Shown: piece by piece, positions 19,307-29,787 of the stretch
Position numbering within the stretch: the first letter of the stretch is position 1
How the letters are laid out: every line of letters starts with the position of its first letter
Assembly: GCA_963663275.1 (NCBI GenBank)
Contig: OY760183.1
Location: 1 to 64,000, forward strand
Reading direction: 5' to 3'
Length of the DNA stretch: 64,000 nucleotides
Source: Chloroflexota bacterium
GTDB lineage: Bacteria > Chloroflexota > UBA11872 > VXOZ01
Program-made: the position numbers and the translations under genes
Notes under the pieces: generated by a model
What the model saw: the letters and a program-made list of their open reading frames with translations, nothing else
Databases searched by the model: none
What the model was told of the DNA's origin: nothing

Positions 19307-19483
19307 CAATGCTGTCGCGTTAACGTTGCGCGGGGGCTTGTCCCCCGCCGGAACAAGAAAAATGAGAACGGAATGGATTGACCCTACGGAAGGCACAGGT
19401 TACGCGCACCTCCCGTGCGAACCTGCGCTACCGGAGAAACGAGCGTAGTTTTCATTCTCATCGCGCCTGATGCAACGATATTA
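19307..19483. mobile_element. MITE family C (IS4-like CAATG/TAAT ends) carrying REP hairpins
   Basis: Inverted homolog of 58111-58285; 11-bp flanks GGGAGTCTCTC / GGGGGGCTCTT (8/11 match). Confidence 0.65.
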
Positions 19484-19549
19484 GGGGGGCTCTTCACCCC
19501 TTGCCCGGGTAGTCATGGGTCTACGTTGGTGAGCAAGCGCACAGTCCCG

Positions 19550-20923
19550 TTAGAACGGCGCGCCGTTCGTCTTCCGCTGCTCCTGCATGTCCTCGAACGC
19601 AAAATACTGATCCAGGAAGCGCAGCGTTATCGTGCCCGTAGGCCCGTTGCGGTGTTTAGCCACGATGACGTCAGCCTCGCCCTTGCGCGGGGAGTCTTCA
19701 TCATAGAGTTCGTCACGGTAGATGAACATCACCAGGTCTGAATCCTGTTCCAGCGCGCCCGACTCGCGCAGGTCGGAGAGCATGGGCCGGTGGTTCTCCC
19801 GTTGTTCCACGGCGCGCGAAAGCTGCGAAAGCGCGATTACGGGAATGTTGAGTTCGCGGGCGAGGGCTTTGAGCCCGCGGGAAATCTCGGAGATTTCCTG
19901 CACGCGGTTGTCACCGCCCCGGCGGCCCTGGATGAGTTGCAGGTAGTCCACGACGAGCAAGCCGATGTTCGCCCGGGCCTGCAGCCGCCGCGCTTTGGTG
20001 CGCAGGTCCATGGCGTTGAGAAAGCCGCTGTCGTCAACGTAGATGGGCGCTTCCGTCAGCGCGCCGACCATGCTGCCGAGTTCTTCCCACTCGCGCTCGC
20101 TCAGTTCGCCCAAACGAAGGCGGTGGGAGTCTACCCGCGCCATCATGCAGAGGAAGCGTTGGGCGAGTTGCTCGGCGGACATCTCCAGGCTGAAGATACC
20201 GACCGGCACGCGCGGCTCCATGATGGAAAGACTGCTGGCGATGTTAAGCGCCAGGGTCGTCTTGCCGGTGGAGGGCCGCCCGGCGATGATGATCAGGTCC
20301 GAGCGTTGCAACCCGGCCGTCAGGCGGTCGAGTCCCTTGAAGCCCGAACGGATGCCGGGCACGGTCTGCTCGCCCTCGCGGGCGCCCGTCAGCTTCTCCC
20401 AGTACTCGTCCACGATGGGACGAATGTGCACGAAGTCCTGGTCCGCGGCGTGGCGGACAAGGCTGAAAAGCACCTGTTCCGCCTTGTCCAAGGCGTCTTC
20501 CACGTCGAGTTGCGTATCGTACCCTATCGCCGCGATTTCACCGGCGGCGCTGATGATGCGCCGCATCGCCGCGCAGCGTTCCACGATGTGGCCGTAGTGC
20601 TCCGCGTGCACGGACGTGGGCGTGACGTTCACCAGAGAGGCGATGTACGCCTCGCCGCCCACCGCTTCCAGCCGCGCCGCGCGCCCCAACTCATCGCAGA
20701 TGGTCACGAAGTCCGTCGGCTCCCGGCGCTCGTACAGCGTGAGGCCCGCCCCGAAGATCTGCCCGTGCGCCTCGCGGTAGAAGTCCTCGGGCCGGAGAAA
20801 CTGCGCTACCCGCTCGATCGTCTCGGGATCGATGAGCATGCTGCCCAGCACCGCCTGCTCCGCCTCGATGTTCTGCGGCGGCAGGCGCTCGGTATTGGTG
20901 TCCGCGGCGTAGTCGGTCGCCAC
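19550..20923 (-). CDS. dnaB: replicative DNA helicase
   Basis: PPQNIEAEQAVLG, AGRPSTGKT, FSLEMS, VDYLQL, LSQLSR, SDLRESGALEQD; no intein. Confidence 0.98.
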   Translation of the reverse strand: MATDYAADTNTERLPPQNIEAEQAVLGSMLIDPETIERVAQFLRPEDFYREAHGQIFGAGLTLYERREPTDFVTICDELGRAARLEAVGGEAYIASLVNVTPTSVHAEHYGHIVERCAAMRRIISAAGEIAAIGYDTQLDVEDALDKAEQVLFSLVRHAADQDFVHIRPIVDEYWEKLTGAREGEQTVPGIRSGFKGLDRLTAGLQRSDLIIIAGRPSTGKTTLALNIASSLSIMEPRVPVGIFSLEMSAEQLAQRFLCMMARVDSHRLRLGELSEREWEELGSMVGALTEAPIYVDDSGFLNAMDLRTKARRLQARANIGLLVVDYLQLIQGRRGGDNRVQEISEISRGLKALARELNIPVIALSQLSRAVEQRENHRPMLSDLRESGALEQDSDLVMFIYRDELYDEDSPRKGEADVIVAKHRNGPTGTITLRFLDQYFAFEDMQEQRKTNGAPF

Positions 20924-21376
20924 TTACTCTTCCTCTTTTTGCACGTCCACGGTGATGGCCGCCTCTACGGCGTGGCCGAGCTTGATCGAGACCGTAGCGG
21001 CGCCCAGTTCGCGGAGCGGCTGCTCCAACTCCAGCGCGTGGCGGTCGATCTCGATGTCGGTCTGCGCCTGGATCGCCTCGGCAATGTGCTGGCCGGTCAC
21101 CGAGCCGTAGAGCCGGTCCTGTTCGCCGACGCGGGCCGTAACCACGATGGTCGCGCCGCTCAGCTTGGCCGCGGTTTCCATGGCCTCCTGCCGCTCCGTG
21201 GCCGCGCGCCGCGCCAGGGCCGCTTTTTGTTCCTCCCAGAGGCGTTCCGCGCCCTTGGTCGCCTTTTGCGCGAAGCCGCGCGGGATGAGGAAGTTGCGCG
21301 CGTGGCCGTCGGCAACGTCCTTCACCTCACCGGCCTGGCCGACATCCGGCACATTCTTGAGCAAGACGACACGCAT
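20924..21376 (-). CDS. rplI: 50S ribosomal protein L9
   Basis: VKDVADGHARNFLIP, RLYGSVT; adjacent to dnaB. Confidence 0.97.
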   Translation of the reverse strand: MRVVLLKNVPDVGQAGEVKDVADGHARNFLIPRGFAQKATKGAERLWEEQKAALARRAATERQEAMETAAKLSGATIVVTARVGEQDRLYGSVTGQHIAEAIQAQTDIEIDRHALELEQPLRELGAATVSIKLGHAVEAAITVDVQKEEE

Positions 21377-21494
21377 AGATTATTCTCCTTCGGTTTTCAT
21401 TGGTTGTAGGAATATACTACTGGCTTGCGCCCCGCGTCTCAAGTGGAACGCGCTCCCACCAGACCCCCTCACCCTAACCCTCTCCCCCAGGAGA

Positions 21495-21642
21495 GCTGAC
21501 AGGGGTAGGCATTCTACATCCGACTTCACGTGTCATTCCGAGCGGAGCGCAGCGGAGAGAGGAATCTAAGGCTTTCGCTGCAAAAACGTCGGTTCTAGAT
21601 TCCTCGCTCCGCTCGGAATGACACTTGCCTACCCCTGTCAGC
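21495..21642. mobile_element. MITE family B
   Basis: Perfect 17-bp TIR GCTGACAGGGGTAGGCA; flanked by direct repeat CCCCAGGAGA; internal TGTCATTCCGAGCGGAGC hairpin. Confidence 0.82.
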
Positions 21643-21769
21643 CCCCAGGAGAGGGAACCCAAGCCCGCTGCGCGGCCTTCCGGTATCGCTTTACGCCCCC
21701 TCTCCCCAGGAGAGGAACCTTGGCCGTTTCGCGACCGTCCGGCTCCGCTTTCCGCCCCCTCTCCCTGGG

Positions 21770-21909
21770 GAGACCTTTGCGTAACCCCTTCCCCACTGGG
21801 GGGAAGGTTGGGATGGGGGGTGAAATGGCTTGACTTCATGCAAGCTTTAGTTGTAAAAGCGCTCTGGATTCCGGTTTTCACCGGAATGACGGAGTTATGC
21901 AAAGGTCTC
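21770..21909. mobile_element. MITE family A (IS5-like ends)
   Basis: TIR GAGACCTTTGC(G/A)TAAC 15/16; CTGGG on both flanks; homologous to 40128-41304. Confidence 0.8.
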
Positions 21910-22079
21910 CTGGGGGAGAGGGCCGGGGTGAGGGGGGAGTCGCTGCGGCGGTGCTGCAATCTATTTCCCAGAGGTCGGCAAGGCCGGACGGAAGCCGCGC
22001 CAAGTTGACACAGCCTACCGCGACGCGCAAGCTATGCAGTGAACGCAATCCCTATTCTTACCCTATTTCGCGCATACCC

Positions 22080-23738
22080 ATGACCGCAACCTCACCGCAA
22101 TCAGACCGCACCGTAGCGGCGCACGTCGCCAGATTCCTGCGCCAACAGGGCATCCAACGCTTCTGGGGCATGACCGGCGGCGAGAACGTCGATCTCATCA
22201 ACGCCTGCTACGCCGAGGGGGTCGAGTTTCAACTCGTCCATCACGAAAACACCGCCGCGTTTCTGGCGCAGAACACAGCCTACCTTACCGGCGCACCGGA
22301 GGTATTCCTGACCACCCTGGGCCCCGGCGCCACGAACATCATCAACGCCGTCGCCGACGCCTATCTGGCGCGGCTGCCGCTGGTCGTCATCACCGCCGAT
22401 TTCGAAGACCCCACCGTGGAGTTCGCCACGCACCAGAACGCGCCGCTGCTGGAACTCCTGCGTCCCATCACCAAGTGGAACGTCCGTCTGACGCCCGCCA
22501 ACGCCGCCGACGCGCTGGCCTACGCCTGGGCGGTGGCGGCCCAGGGACGCCCCGGCCCGGTGCATCTGGCGCTGCCGGCGGTGGTGGCGCGCCAGCCGCT
22601 GGCCGCGCCGCCGCTGCAAACCGCGGCCCGTCCGGCCGGCATGTTGGACGCCGCGCCCCTGCCGCGCACCGCCCTGGCGCGCCTTACCACCTGCGATGCG
22701 CCGGTAATCGTGCTGGGCCTGGAAACCAATCACCAACTGGAACAGGAGTCCATCGTCGCGCTGGCGGAACAGTGGGGCGCGCCGGTGGTGAACATGCCCA
22801 TGAGCAAGGGCGTCTTTCCGGAAGACCACCCGCTCTTTGCCGGTATCCACAGCGTGTACGGCTACGCGCTGGTGGATGAGTTTCTCCAGCAGGCCGATTG
22901 CATCCTGGCGGTGGGCCTCGACGGCTCGGACTTCATCCATCCCTGGCAGACCGAGGCCACCACCATTGCCGTCCATCCGCACACCGAGGTCGATTCCGCC
23001 TTTGGCGCGGACTACGTGCTGGTCGGCGACCTGGACGCTACCGTGCGCATGCTCACGCCGGAACTCTCCCACCAAGGCGAGTGGGGAGCGCGGGCGGCCG
23101 CGGCCTGCCGCTCGAAAATCCGGCAGCGGCTCGCGCCAAGACGCGCGCCGAGCGGCGCCACGCCTGCCACAACGTCTGCCGTCGCGCCGCAGGCCGTGCT
23201 CTCCACGCTCCGGGCACTGACGCCGCCGGAGACGGTCTTCGCCTGCGACGTGGGCTCGCACAAACTGCTGGCCTGCCAGTGGTGGCAGAGCACGCAGCCG
23301 CAGACGTTCCTGGTCTCCAACGGCCTCTCCACCATGGGCTTTGGCGTGCCGGCGGCGCTGGCGGCCAAGCTCAGCGCGCCCGCACGCCCGGTGGTCTGCG
23401 TGACCGGCGACGGCGGCCTGCTGATGTATGCCGGCGAATTGGAGACCGTCAAGCGTCTCGCGCCGGAGAGCGAGACGCCGTTCCTGATCGTCGTCTTCGT
23501 CGATTCCACGCTGGCCCTCATCCGCACGAAATCGGAAGAGCGCGGCTACGACGGACGGGAGAACGACTTTGGCCACACCGACTACGTGAAACTGGCGGCG
23601 GCGTTCGACCTGCCCGCCTACCATATTGAACGGGAAGAAGATTGCGCCGCCGCGCTGCGGGATGCGCTGGCCCTGAACCAACCCGCGCTGGTGGCAGTTG
23701 AGATCGACGTAGACGAGTACCGCCAAATGGGCGGCTAG
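22080..23738 (+). CDS. thiamine pyrophosphate-dependent enzyme (acetolactate synthase large subunit-like)
   Basis: HHENTAAF, TLGPGATN, PGPVHL, SNGLSTMGFGVP, GDGG. Confidence 0.9.
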   Translation: MTATSPQSDRTVAAHVARFLRQQGIQRFWGMTGGENVDLINACYAEGVEFQLVHHENTAAFLAQNTAYLTGAPEVFLTTLGPGATNIINAVADAYLARLPLVVITADFEDPTVEFATHQNAPLLELLRPITKWNVRLTPANAADALAYAWAVAAQGRPGPVHLALPAVVARQPLAAPPLQTAARPAGMLDAAPLPRTALARLTTCDAPVIVLGLETNHQLEQESIVALAEQWGAPVVNMPMSKGVFPEDHPLFAGIHSVYGYALVDEFLQQADCILAVGLDGSDFIHPWQTEATTIAVHPHTEVDSAFGADYVLVGDLDATVRMLTPELSHQGEWGARAAAACRSKIRQRLAPRRAPSGATPATTSAVAPQAVLSTLRALTPPETVFACDVGSHKLLACQWWQSTQPQTFLVSNGLSTMGFGVPAALAAKLSAPARPVVCVTGDGGLLMYAGELETVKRLAPESETPFLIVVFVDSTLALIRTKSEERGYDGRENDFGHTDYVKLAAAFDLPAYHIEREEDCAAALRDALALNQPALVAVEIDVDEYRQMGG

Positions 23739-23822
23739 CGTCCGGTCACCCTCACCCTAACCCTCTCCCACAGGGAGAGGGGACAATCTCAGATCCACAT
23801 TTCATAGAGAAAGGCGCAGCGT

Positions 23823-24791
23823 ATGGCTACCGTACACCGGCACGAACCGAGCATCTACTACTATACCTTCGGCCCGCACGAACCGGCCTTGCATATCAAC
23901 GACGGCGACCGCGTCATCGTGAAGACGGTGGACGCCGGTCACTGGGACAGCGACGGCAAGCAGTTGGCGGATGAATTTCGCTACGGCCGTCCCGATACCG
24001 AGTTTCGCCAGTCCAACCCGCAGGTTGGCCCTTACTACGTGGAAGAGGCCGAGGTGGGCGACGTGCTGCGCGTCCGCATTCTGCGCGTAGACCTGAACCG
24101 GGACTGGGCGTTCTCGCGCTACAATCCCGGCTTTGGCGCGATGGGCGTGGAGGACTACCCCGGCGGGCCGACGGGCCTCAACGAACCCCTGCCGCAGAAG
24201 TACTACCACTGGGAACTCGACCACGCGAGCCAAACGGCCACGCTGGACTTGCCGGAGAGCAAACTGGGCAGCATCACCATTCCCTGCCATCCCTTTCTTG
24301 GCTGCATCGGCGTCGCGCCGCGCTTTGGCGAGCACGTCAGCACGCTCTCGTCCGCCAATCACGGCGGCAACATGGACTGCGTGGAAACCCAGCCGGGCAC
24401 GACGGTCTACCTGCCGGTCTTCGTCAAGGGCGCGTACCTGCAATTCGCCGACGTGCACGCGGCCCAGGGCGACGGCGAACTCTGCGGCGTGGCGCTGGAA
24501 ACCACCGCTGAAGTAGAGGTGGAAGTCGCGGTCTGCAAGGGAGGCGAACCCATCACGTGGCCGCGCTTTGAAGACGACGAGTGGCTCATGGCCGCGGCCA
24601 ACACGCGCCCCCTGATGGACGCCTACCGCATCGCCCACGTGGAACTCATCCGCTGGCTCGCCAGCGACTACGGCTTCGACCTCTGGGACGCCTTCCAGGT
24701 CGTCTCCCAGGTGGGCCGCACCCGCGTCGGCAACGTGGTGGATCCGAACTACACCGTGGTGGCAAAGTTTCCCAAGCGGTATTTGCCGTAA
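23823..24791 (+). CDS. acetamidase/formamidase family protein
   Basis: GPYYVE, PFLGCIGVAP, HGGNMD, DVHAAQGDGE. Confidence 0.92.
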   Translation: MATVHRHEPSIYYYTFGPHEPALHINDGDRVIVKTVDAGHWDSDGKQLADEFRYGRPDTEFRQSNPQVGPYYVEEAEVGDVLRVRILRVDLNRDWAFSRYNPGFGAMGVEDYPGGPTGLNEPLPQKYYHWELDHASQTATLDLPESKLGSITIPCHPFLGCIGVAPRFGEHVSTLSSANHGGNMDCVETQPGTTVYLPVFVKGAYLQFADVHAAQGDGELCGVALETTAEVEVEVAVCKGGEPITWPRFEDDEWLMAAANTRPLMDAYRIAHVELIRWLASDYGFDLWDAFQVVSQVGRTRVGNVVDPNYTVVAKFPKRYLP

Positions 24792-24888
24792 AGTCGCTCC
24801 CAGTTGGCAAACTGGGATGGAACCTAGTGGTATGCTGGTAAGAGAGGTTGAAATGAAATCTTGACAGTGGCAAGGCAGATTCCAGTTC

Positions 24889-25236
24889 ATGACCGATGAG
24901 GATCGGACGCGTTTGCTCCACATGGTCGATGCATCACAAAAGGCCGCAGCCTTGGTTTCCGGCACTTCTTTGGTGCAGTACGCCGACGCGGACAATCATG
25001 CGCTGCGCGCCGCCGCGGAGCGGTACATTGCAATAGTTGGTGAGGCTGCGCACCACGTTTCCGACGAACTCAAAGCACAGCATCCGGATGTGCCTTGGCG
25101 AAAAATGTCGGGCATGCGCAATCACTTGATCCACGGGTATATGACTACCGAAGACGAAATTGTCTGGAGAACAGCAGTAGAATACGCTCCTCGTCTTCTG
25201 GAGCAGCTAGAGGAAATACTAGGTAACGCGCTATGA
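24889..25236 (+). CDS. HEPN (DUF86/HepT-like) ribonuclease toxin
   Basis: IVGEAA, VPWRKMSGMRNHLIHGY (RxxxxH-x-Y). Confidence 0.9.
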   Translation: MTDEDRTRLLHMVDASQKAAALVSGTSLVQYADADNHALRAAAERYIAIVGEAAHHVSDELKAQHPDVPWRKMSGMRNHLIHGYMTTEDEIVWRTAVEYAPRLLEQLEEILGNAL

Positions 25237-25580
25237 TTCCCACGAGAGAATACGTGCTGGTGGAGCTATACAAGGTCCGCGCATCACTGCGGTCGTTCGG
25301 CGTGCGACGCATAGCGGTTTTCGGTTCGGTTGCCCGCAACGCCGCCCGTGCCGACAGCGATATTGACATCGTTGTGGACATTCCGCGTGGGCAAATTACG
25401 CTTGACAGATTCTTCGGACTGCAAGACTTTCTGAATGAGCATTTTCAGCGGAAAGTAGACATGATCACGGAGAGTAGCCTCAAGCCTTTCGCGCGTGACT
25501 TGGTTATGCGAGACGCGGTCTTTCTCGAGGGTTTGCACGAGGCAGCGCCGGAGGCGGAGAAATCGCTCTCACGCGCGTAG
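25233..25580 (+). CDS. minimal nucleotidyltransferase (MntA-like antitoxin)
   Basis: FGSVARNAARADSDID (GS-x10-DxD), RKVDM; ATGA overlap with the HEPN gene. Confidence 0.9.
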   Translation: MIPTREYVLVELYKVRASLRSFGVRRIAVFGSVARNAARADSDIDIVVDIPRGQITLDRFFGLQDFLNEHFQRKVDMITESSLKPFARDLVMRDAVFLEGLHEAAPEAEKSLSRA

Positions 25581-25659
25581 TTCGCCCGTTTCACGCAAGG
25601 GGCTGCGCGCATCGGGCCGAGCAGCATTAGTCCATGTTTACAACCGTAGTGCGCTAACC

Positions 25660-27231
25660 ATGAACTTCGACCTCCTCATCCGCAACGGCCGCGTTATCGA
25701 CGGCATGGGAAACCCGTGGTTTGCCGCCGACGTGGGCATTGCGCGGGGCCGCATTGCCGCCGTGGGGCGGTTGGCGTCAAGTCAGGCCGAAACCGAAATA
25801 GATGCTCAGGGAAAAATAATCTGTCCTGGGTTTATCGACGTTCACAACCACTCCGACCTGAGCCTGCTGCGGGAGCCGGACCACACCCCCAAAGTCGCCC
25901 AGGGCATTACCACCGAGATTCTCGGCTCCGACGGCATCGGCTACGCGCCCATGTCGCCCCAGCATCTGCGGGAAACCGCGCAACTCTACCACGCCATCAA
26001 CGGCGGCCTGCCGGATGACGTGGAACCCTGGCAGACCATTCCCGAATACCTGGACCGTTTCGACGGGAAGGCCGCCGTGAACGTGGCGTTCCAGGTACCG
26101 CACAACGCGCTGCGGCTGGCGGTGACTGGCTGGGAGAACCGCGCCGCCACCGCGGACGACCTCAAGCGCATGGCGCGGCTGGCGGCGGAGGCGATGGAGC
26201 AAGGCTGCGTGGGTTTCGCCACCGGCCTCTCGTACCACCCGCACGTCTTCAGCACGTTGGCAGAGCTTGTCGCCATTAGTAAGGCCGTGGCGGCCTACGG
26301 CGGCGTCTACAACACCCACATGCGCTACCACCTGGGCGATGAGTTCCTGGACCCGGTGCACGAGACGCTGGACGTGGCCCGGCAGGCCGATATTCCGGTT
26401 CATATCGCTCACTACCTGATTTCCGGCGTCCACACCTGGGGTCTCAGCAGCCAGCGGCTGGCGTTGGTGGACGCGGCCCGCGCCGAGGGGCTGGACGTCA
26501 CGTTCGACGCCTACTGCTATCCCGCCGGTTCCACCACCGGCATGTTCGTGCTGCCGCTCTGGATGGGCGCGGACGGCCCCGACGCCATGCTGAAGCGGGT
26601 GCGCTCGCCCAACGTCATGGCGCAGATCCTGGACGAAATCCAGGGCCGCGAGCGCGACTTCTACGCCCGCATGCAGATTTCCCACGTCGGCCTGGAGCGC
26701 TACACGCCGTGGGAAGGCCGCCGCCTGGCGGACGTGGCAGATGAGGTTGACGAAGCGCCGGACGCGCTCCTGCTCCGGCTGCTGGACGAGACCGCGCTGG
26801 ACCTCGGCTTCACCTTCCACTTTGGCAACGAGGCCGACGTGCAGGCGGTCATTCGCCATCCCGCCCAGATGGGCTCCACCGACGCCATTCTGATGGGCAG
26901 CGCGCCCCATCCCCGCGCCTACGGCACCTATCCGCGCTTCCTCGGCCACTACACCCGCGAACTCGGCCTCTTCACGCTGGAAGACGCCGTCCGCCGCTTC
27001 ACCGGCTTCCCGGCGCAGCGCTTTGGCCTGCGTGACCGGGGCGTCATCCGCGCCGGCATGGCCGCCGACGTGGTGGTCTTCGATCCCACCACCGTCTGCG
27101 ACCGGTCTACGTTCGCGAATCCCCGCCAATTCCCCATTGGCATCGACCACGTGCTCGTGAACGGCGTGCCGGTGATCGCCGGCGGCGCTCCCACCGGCGC
27201 GCGCCCCGGCCGCGCCCTGCGCCGTGGATAG
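25660..27231 (+). CDS. N-acyl-D-amino-acid deacylase (D-aminoacylase)
   Basis: PGFIDVHNHSD, QGITTE, THMR, HIAH, PHPRAYGTYPR. Confidence 0.92.
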   Translation: MNFDLLIRNGRVIDGMGNPWFAADVGIARGRIAAVGRLASSQAETEIDAQGKIICPGFIDVHNHSDLSLLREPDHTPKVAQGITTEILGSDGIGYAPMSPQHLRETAQLYHAINGGLPDDVEPWQTIPEYLDRFDGKAAVNVAFQVPHNALRLAVTGWENRAATADDLKRMARLAAEAMEQGCVGFATGLSYHPHVFSTLAELVAISKAVAAYGGVYNTHMRYHLGDEFLDPVHETLDVARQADIPVHIAHYLISGVHTWGLSSQRLALVDAARAEGLDVTFDAYCYPAGSTTGMFVLPLWMGADGPDAMLKRVRSPNVMAQILDEIQGRERDFYARMQISHVGLERYTPWEGRRLADVADEVDEAPDALLLRLLDETALDLGFTFHFGNEADVQAVIRHPAQMGSTDAILMGSAPHPRAYGTYPRFLGHYTRELGLFTLEDAVRRFTGFPAQRFGLRDRGVIRAGMAADVVVFDPTTVCDRSTFANPRQFPIGIDHVLVNGVPVIAGGAPTGARPGRALRRG

Positions 27232-27420
27232 ACTCCACCCGGCGTGACACGCGCACGAGGCTAGCGGAGCGCCGCGTCTGCGCGCTCCTATCCCGCAGTT
27301 CCGCCGGCGAACCGGCCGGCCCGTACGATGGCGTCGCTGCTCCCTCCTAAACACGAAGTTCACCGATATTCAGCCCCAATTTGCCGATTTCGCCATATTT
27401 TCTCAAGTTTCATCTCATTA

Positions 27421-27463
27421 TTGTAATATATCACTTGCATTACGAATTGTGATGCTCTATACT
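27421..27463 (+). promoter_or_regulatory. AT-rich promoter with overlapping short dyads for the ABC exporter
   Basis: TTGCAT-17 nt-TATACT (27435-27463); GTAAT/ATTAC and ATCAC/GTGAT inverted pairs. Confidence 0.5.
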
Positions 27464-27586
27464 AAGCGCAAGGTTCAGTATTATCAACACTCAGTTAGGA
27501 GCGCACCATGACGGCTCGATCCGGCGCGGGACCGTTCCTTGCGGCGCGCGCAAGGACGGTTCAAGACACATGCGGGGAGGGAAAGC

Positions 27587-28501
27587 ATGGCGGACGCTAG
27601 CCCAATCATCCAGACCGACGGGCTTACCAAGCGGTTTGGCAGCATCGTCGCGGTGGACAATCTCTCGTTGACCGTGCCGCGCGGCCACGTCTTCGGCCTG
27701 CTGGGCCCCAACGGGTCCGGCAAGACCACCACCATGGGCATGCTGCTGGGCCTCACCCGGCCCACGTCCGGCAGTTTCAGCCTGTTCGGCGGCGCGCGCC
27801 ATCAGGACGCCCTGCGCCGCGTGGGCGCCATCGTGGAGACGCCGGCGTTCTACCCGTACCTGTCCGGGCGCGACAACCTGGCCTACTTCCAGGGTATCCT
27901 GGGCCGCGGTACCCGGCAGGAACTCGACGACCTGCTGGAGCGGGTCGGCCTGGCCGGCCGCGGCGGCGACCGCTTCCACACCTACTCCCTGGGCATGAAG
28001 CAGCGTCTGGGCCTGGCCTACGCCCTGCTCGGCGACCCGGAGTTGCTCTTCCTGGACGAACCCACCAACGGCATGGACCCGGCCGGCATGGCCGAAATCC
28101 GCGACCTGATCCGCAGCCTGGGCACGGAGGACCGCACGGTCTTCCTCTCCAGCCACCTGCTCAACGAGGTGGAGCAGGTCTGCGATAGCGTGGTAATCCT
28201 CTCCAAAGGCAAGCTGATGGCCCAGGGCAGCGTGGCCGACCTGCTGCACGGGCGCGGCCAGACCCACCTGCGCACCACCGACAACGCCCAGGCGCTGACG
28301 ATCCTGGCGGCATTGGACTGGGTCGAGGAGGCAAAACTGGAAGGCGAAACGCTGGTGGTAACGGCGTCGCCGGAGCGTGCGCCGGAACTCAGCGCCGCCC
28401 TCGGCCAAGCCGACGTCTACGTCACCGAAATGACCAGCGGCGCGGAATCCCTGGAAAGCTACTTCCTGGAAATCACCGCGGAGGAGGGAGAAGCGCAATG
28501 A
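27587..28501 (+). CDS. ABC transporter ATP-binding protein (BcrA-like exporter)
   Basis: GPNGSGKTT, YSLGMKQR, LDEPTNG. Confidence 0.95.
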   Translation: MADASPIIQTDGLTKRFGSIVAVDNLSLTVPRGHVFGLLGPNGSGKTTTMGMLLGLTRPTSGSFSLFGGARHQDALRRVGAIVETPAFYPYLSGRDNLAYFQGILGRGTRQELDDLLERVGLAGRGGDRFHTYSLGMKQRLGLAYALLGDPELLFLDEPTNGMDPAGMAEIRDLIRSLGTEDRTVFLSSHLLNEVEQVCDSVVILSKGKLMAQGSVADLLHGRGQTHLRTTDNAQALTILAALDWVEEAKLEGETLVVTASPERAPELSAALGQADVYVTEMTSGAESLESYFLEITAEEGEAQ

Positions 28502-29544
28502 TCGGCCACCTTATTCGTCTCACCGTTTGGGAGTGGCACAAACTCCGCCGCCGGACGCTGCCGTGGGTCTTGCTGGCAATCGTCGTCATTCTGATGCAGG
28601 CGGCCGTGTGGGGCGCGTACGTCGTGCACCGCACCGAACCCTTCTCCCCCAATTTCAGCTTCGCCACGTCCGATGAAGTCGAAGGCGAAGAGGTGACGCA
28701 GTTCGCGGCGGACTGGACGTGCAAGGACGTGCGCGGCGACCGCATCCCGCCGGAAGTCGAGGAGCTTGAGGAAGAACTGCGCGAACGGGCGCTCGCGAGC
28801 GTCGAAGAGTTTCGCGAAAATTGCCTGGGCTATGAGGAAGTGTATCAACTCACCGGCAACGTGGTCCTGCTGCCGAACAGCATTCTGTTGGGCTTCACAC
28901 TGCTGCAAGGCACCATGTTCATCCTCGTCAGCATCCTGGCCGCGGCGTCGTTGGGCGGCGAATACGGCTGGGGCACGCTGCGGACGGTGCTGACCCGGGG
29001 CGCGGGCCGCTGGCAGTTTCTGACCGCCAAACTCGCGGCGCTCATGCTCATGGCGCTCACCGGGCTGGTGATTGCCGCCGCCGCGGTGGCGCTGAGCAGC
29101 CTCGCCATCGGCCTCTTCGGCCTGGAAGGCGAGTTGGTGCAACGCTCGGCGGAATGGCTCGACGTGCCGCTGAAGACGGGCATGTTGCTCTATAGCTTCC
29201 TGCCCTACGTCATGCTGGCGCTGCTGGCCACCGCCTTGACCTCGTCTACGGCCGCGGGCATCACCGCCTTCGTGGTCTATTACTTCGTCGAGACGACGCT
29301 CAAGCCCGTGCTCGAGAACTTCGACTGGTTCGAGCGCGTTTCCCAGTATCTGATCAGCACGAACGTCACGACCGTGCTGCAAACGAGCGCCGGTGAGGTG
29401 TCCATTTCTGTCAACGCCGGCGAGCCGGCAGAAACCGGTATGCTCCACGCCGTGCTGGTCCTGGCGGCCTACACGCTCGTCTTCGGCGTAGCCGCGTTCT
29501 GGCTCTTCCAACGCCGGGACATCACCGGCGCGAGAGGCGGCTAA
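28498..29544 (+). CDS. ABC-2 type permease
   Basis: EYGWGTLRTVLTRG, multiple TM segments, C-terminal FQRRDI. Confidence 0.9.
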   Translation: MIGHLIRLTVWEWHKLRRRTLPWVLLAIVVILMQAAVWGAYVVHRTEPFSPNFSFATSDEVEGEEVTQFAADWTCKDVRGDRIPPEVEELEEELRERALASVEEFRENCLGYEEVYQLTGNVVLLPNSILLGFTLLQGTMFILVSILAAASLGGEYGWGTLRTVLTRGAGRWQFLTAKLAALMLMALTGLVIAAAAVALSSLAIGLFGLEGELVQRSAEWLDVPLKTGMLLYSFLPYVMLALLATALTSSTAAGITAFVVYYFVETTLKPVLENFDWFERVSQYLISTNVTTVLQTSAGEVSISVNAGEPAETGMLHAVLVLAAYTLVFGVAAFWLFQRRDITGARGG

Positions 29545-29694
29545 GCGGCAACGGCTCACCTTTGCGCCGGATTAGGGCAAGTCTGGAAAAGTCAGCGGGG
29601 CAGGCCGGAATCCTCCGGTAGGCAGAGGCAGGCCTGCCCCCTCCGGTAGCGCAGGTTTGCAACCTGCGCTCCGCTGTCTATACACGCGCATGAA

Positions 29695-29787
29695 CGGAAC
29701 ACCGTTCCGCGCCAATGCGAGATTGCTTCTGGCGCGGTTCAGCCATTCCCTGGGGTCATCCGGCGGAAAGCGTTCGCGCGGCGTCAT
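29695..29787 (-). pseudogene. truncated HEPN-domain gene
   Basis: MTPRERFPPDDPREWLNRARSNLALA is a typical HEPN N-terminus, overlaps the MNT 3' end and breaks off just before a REP. Confidence 0.65.
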
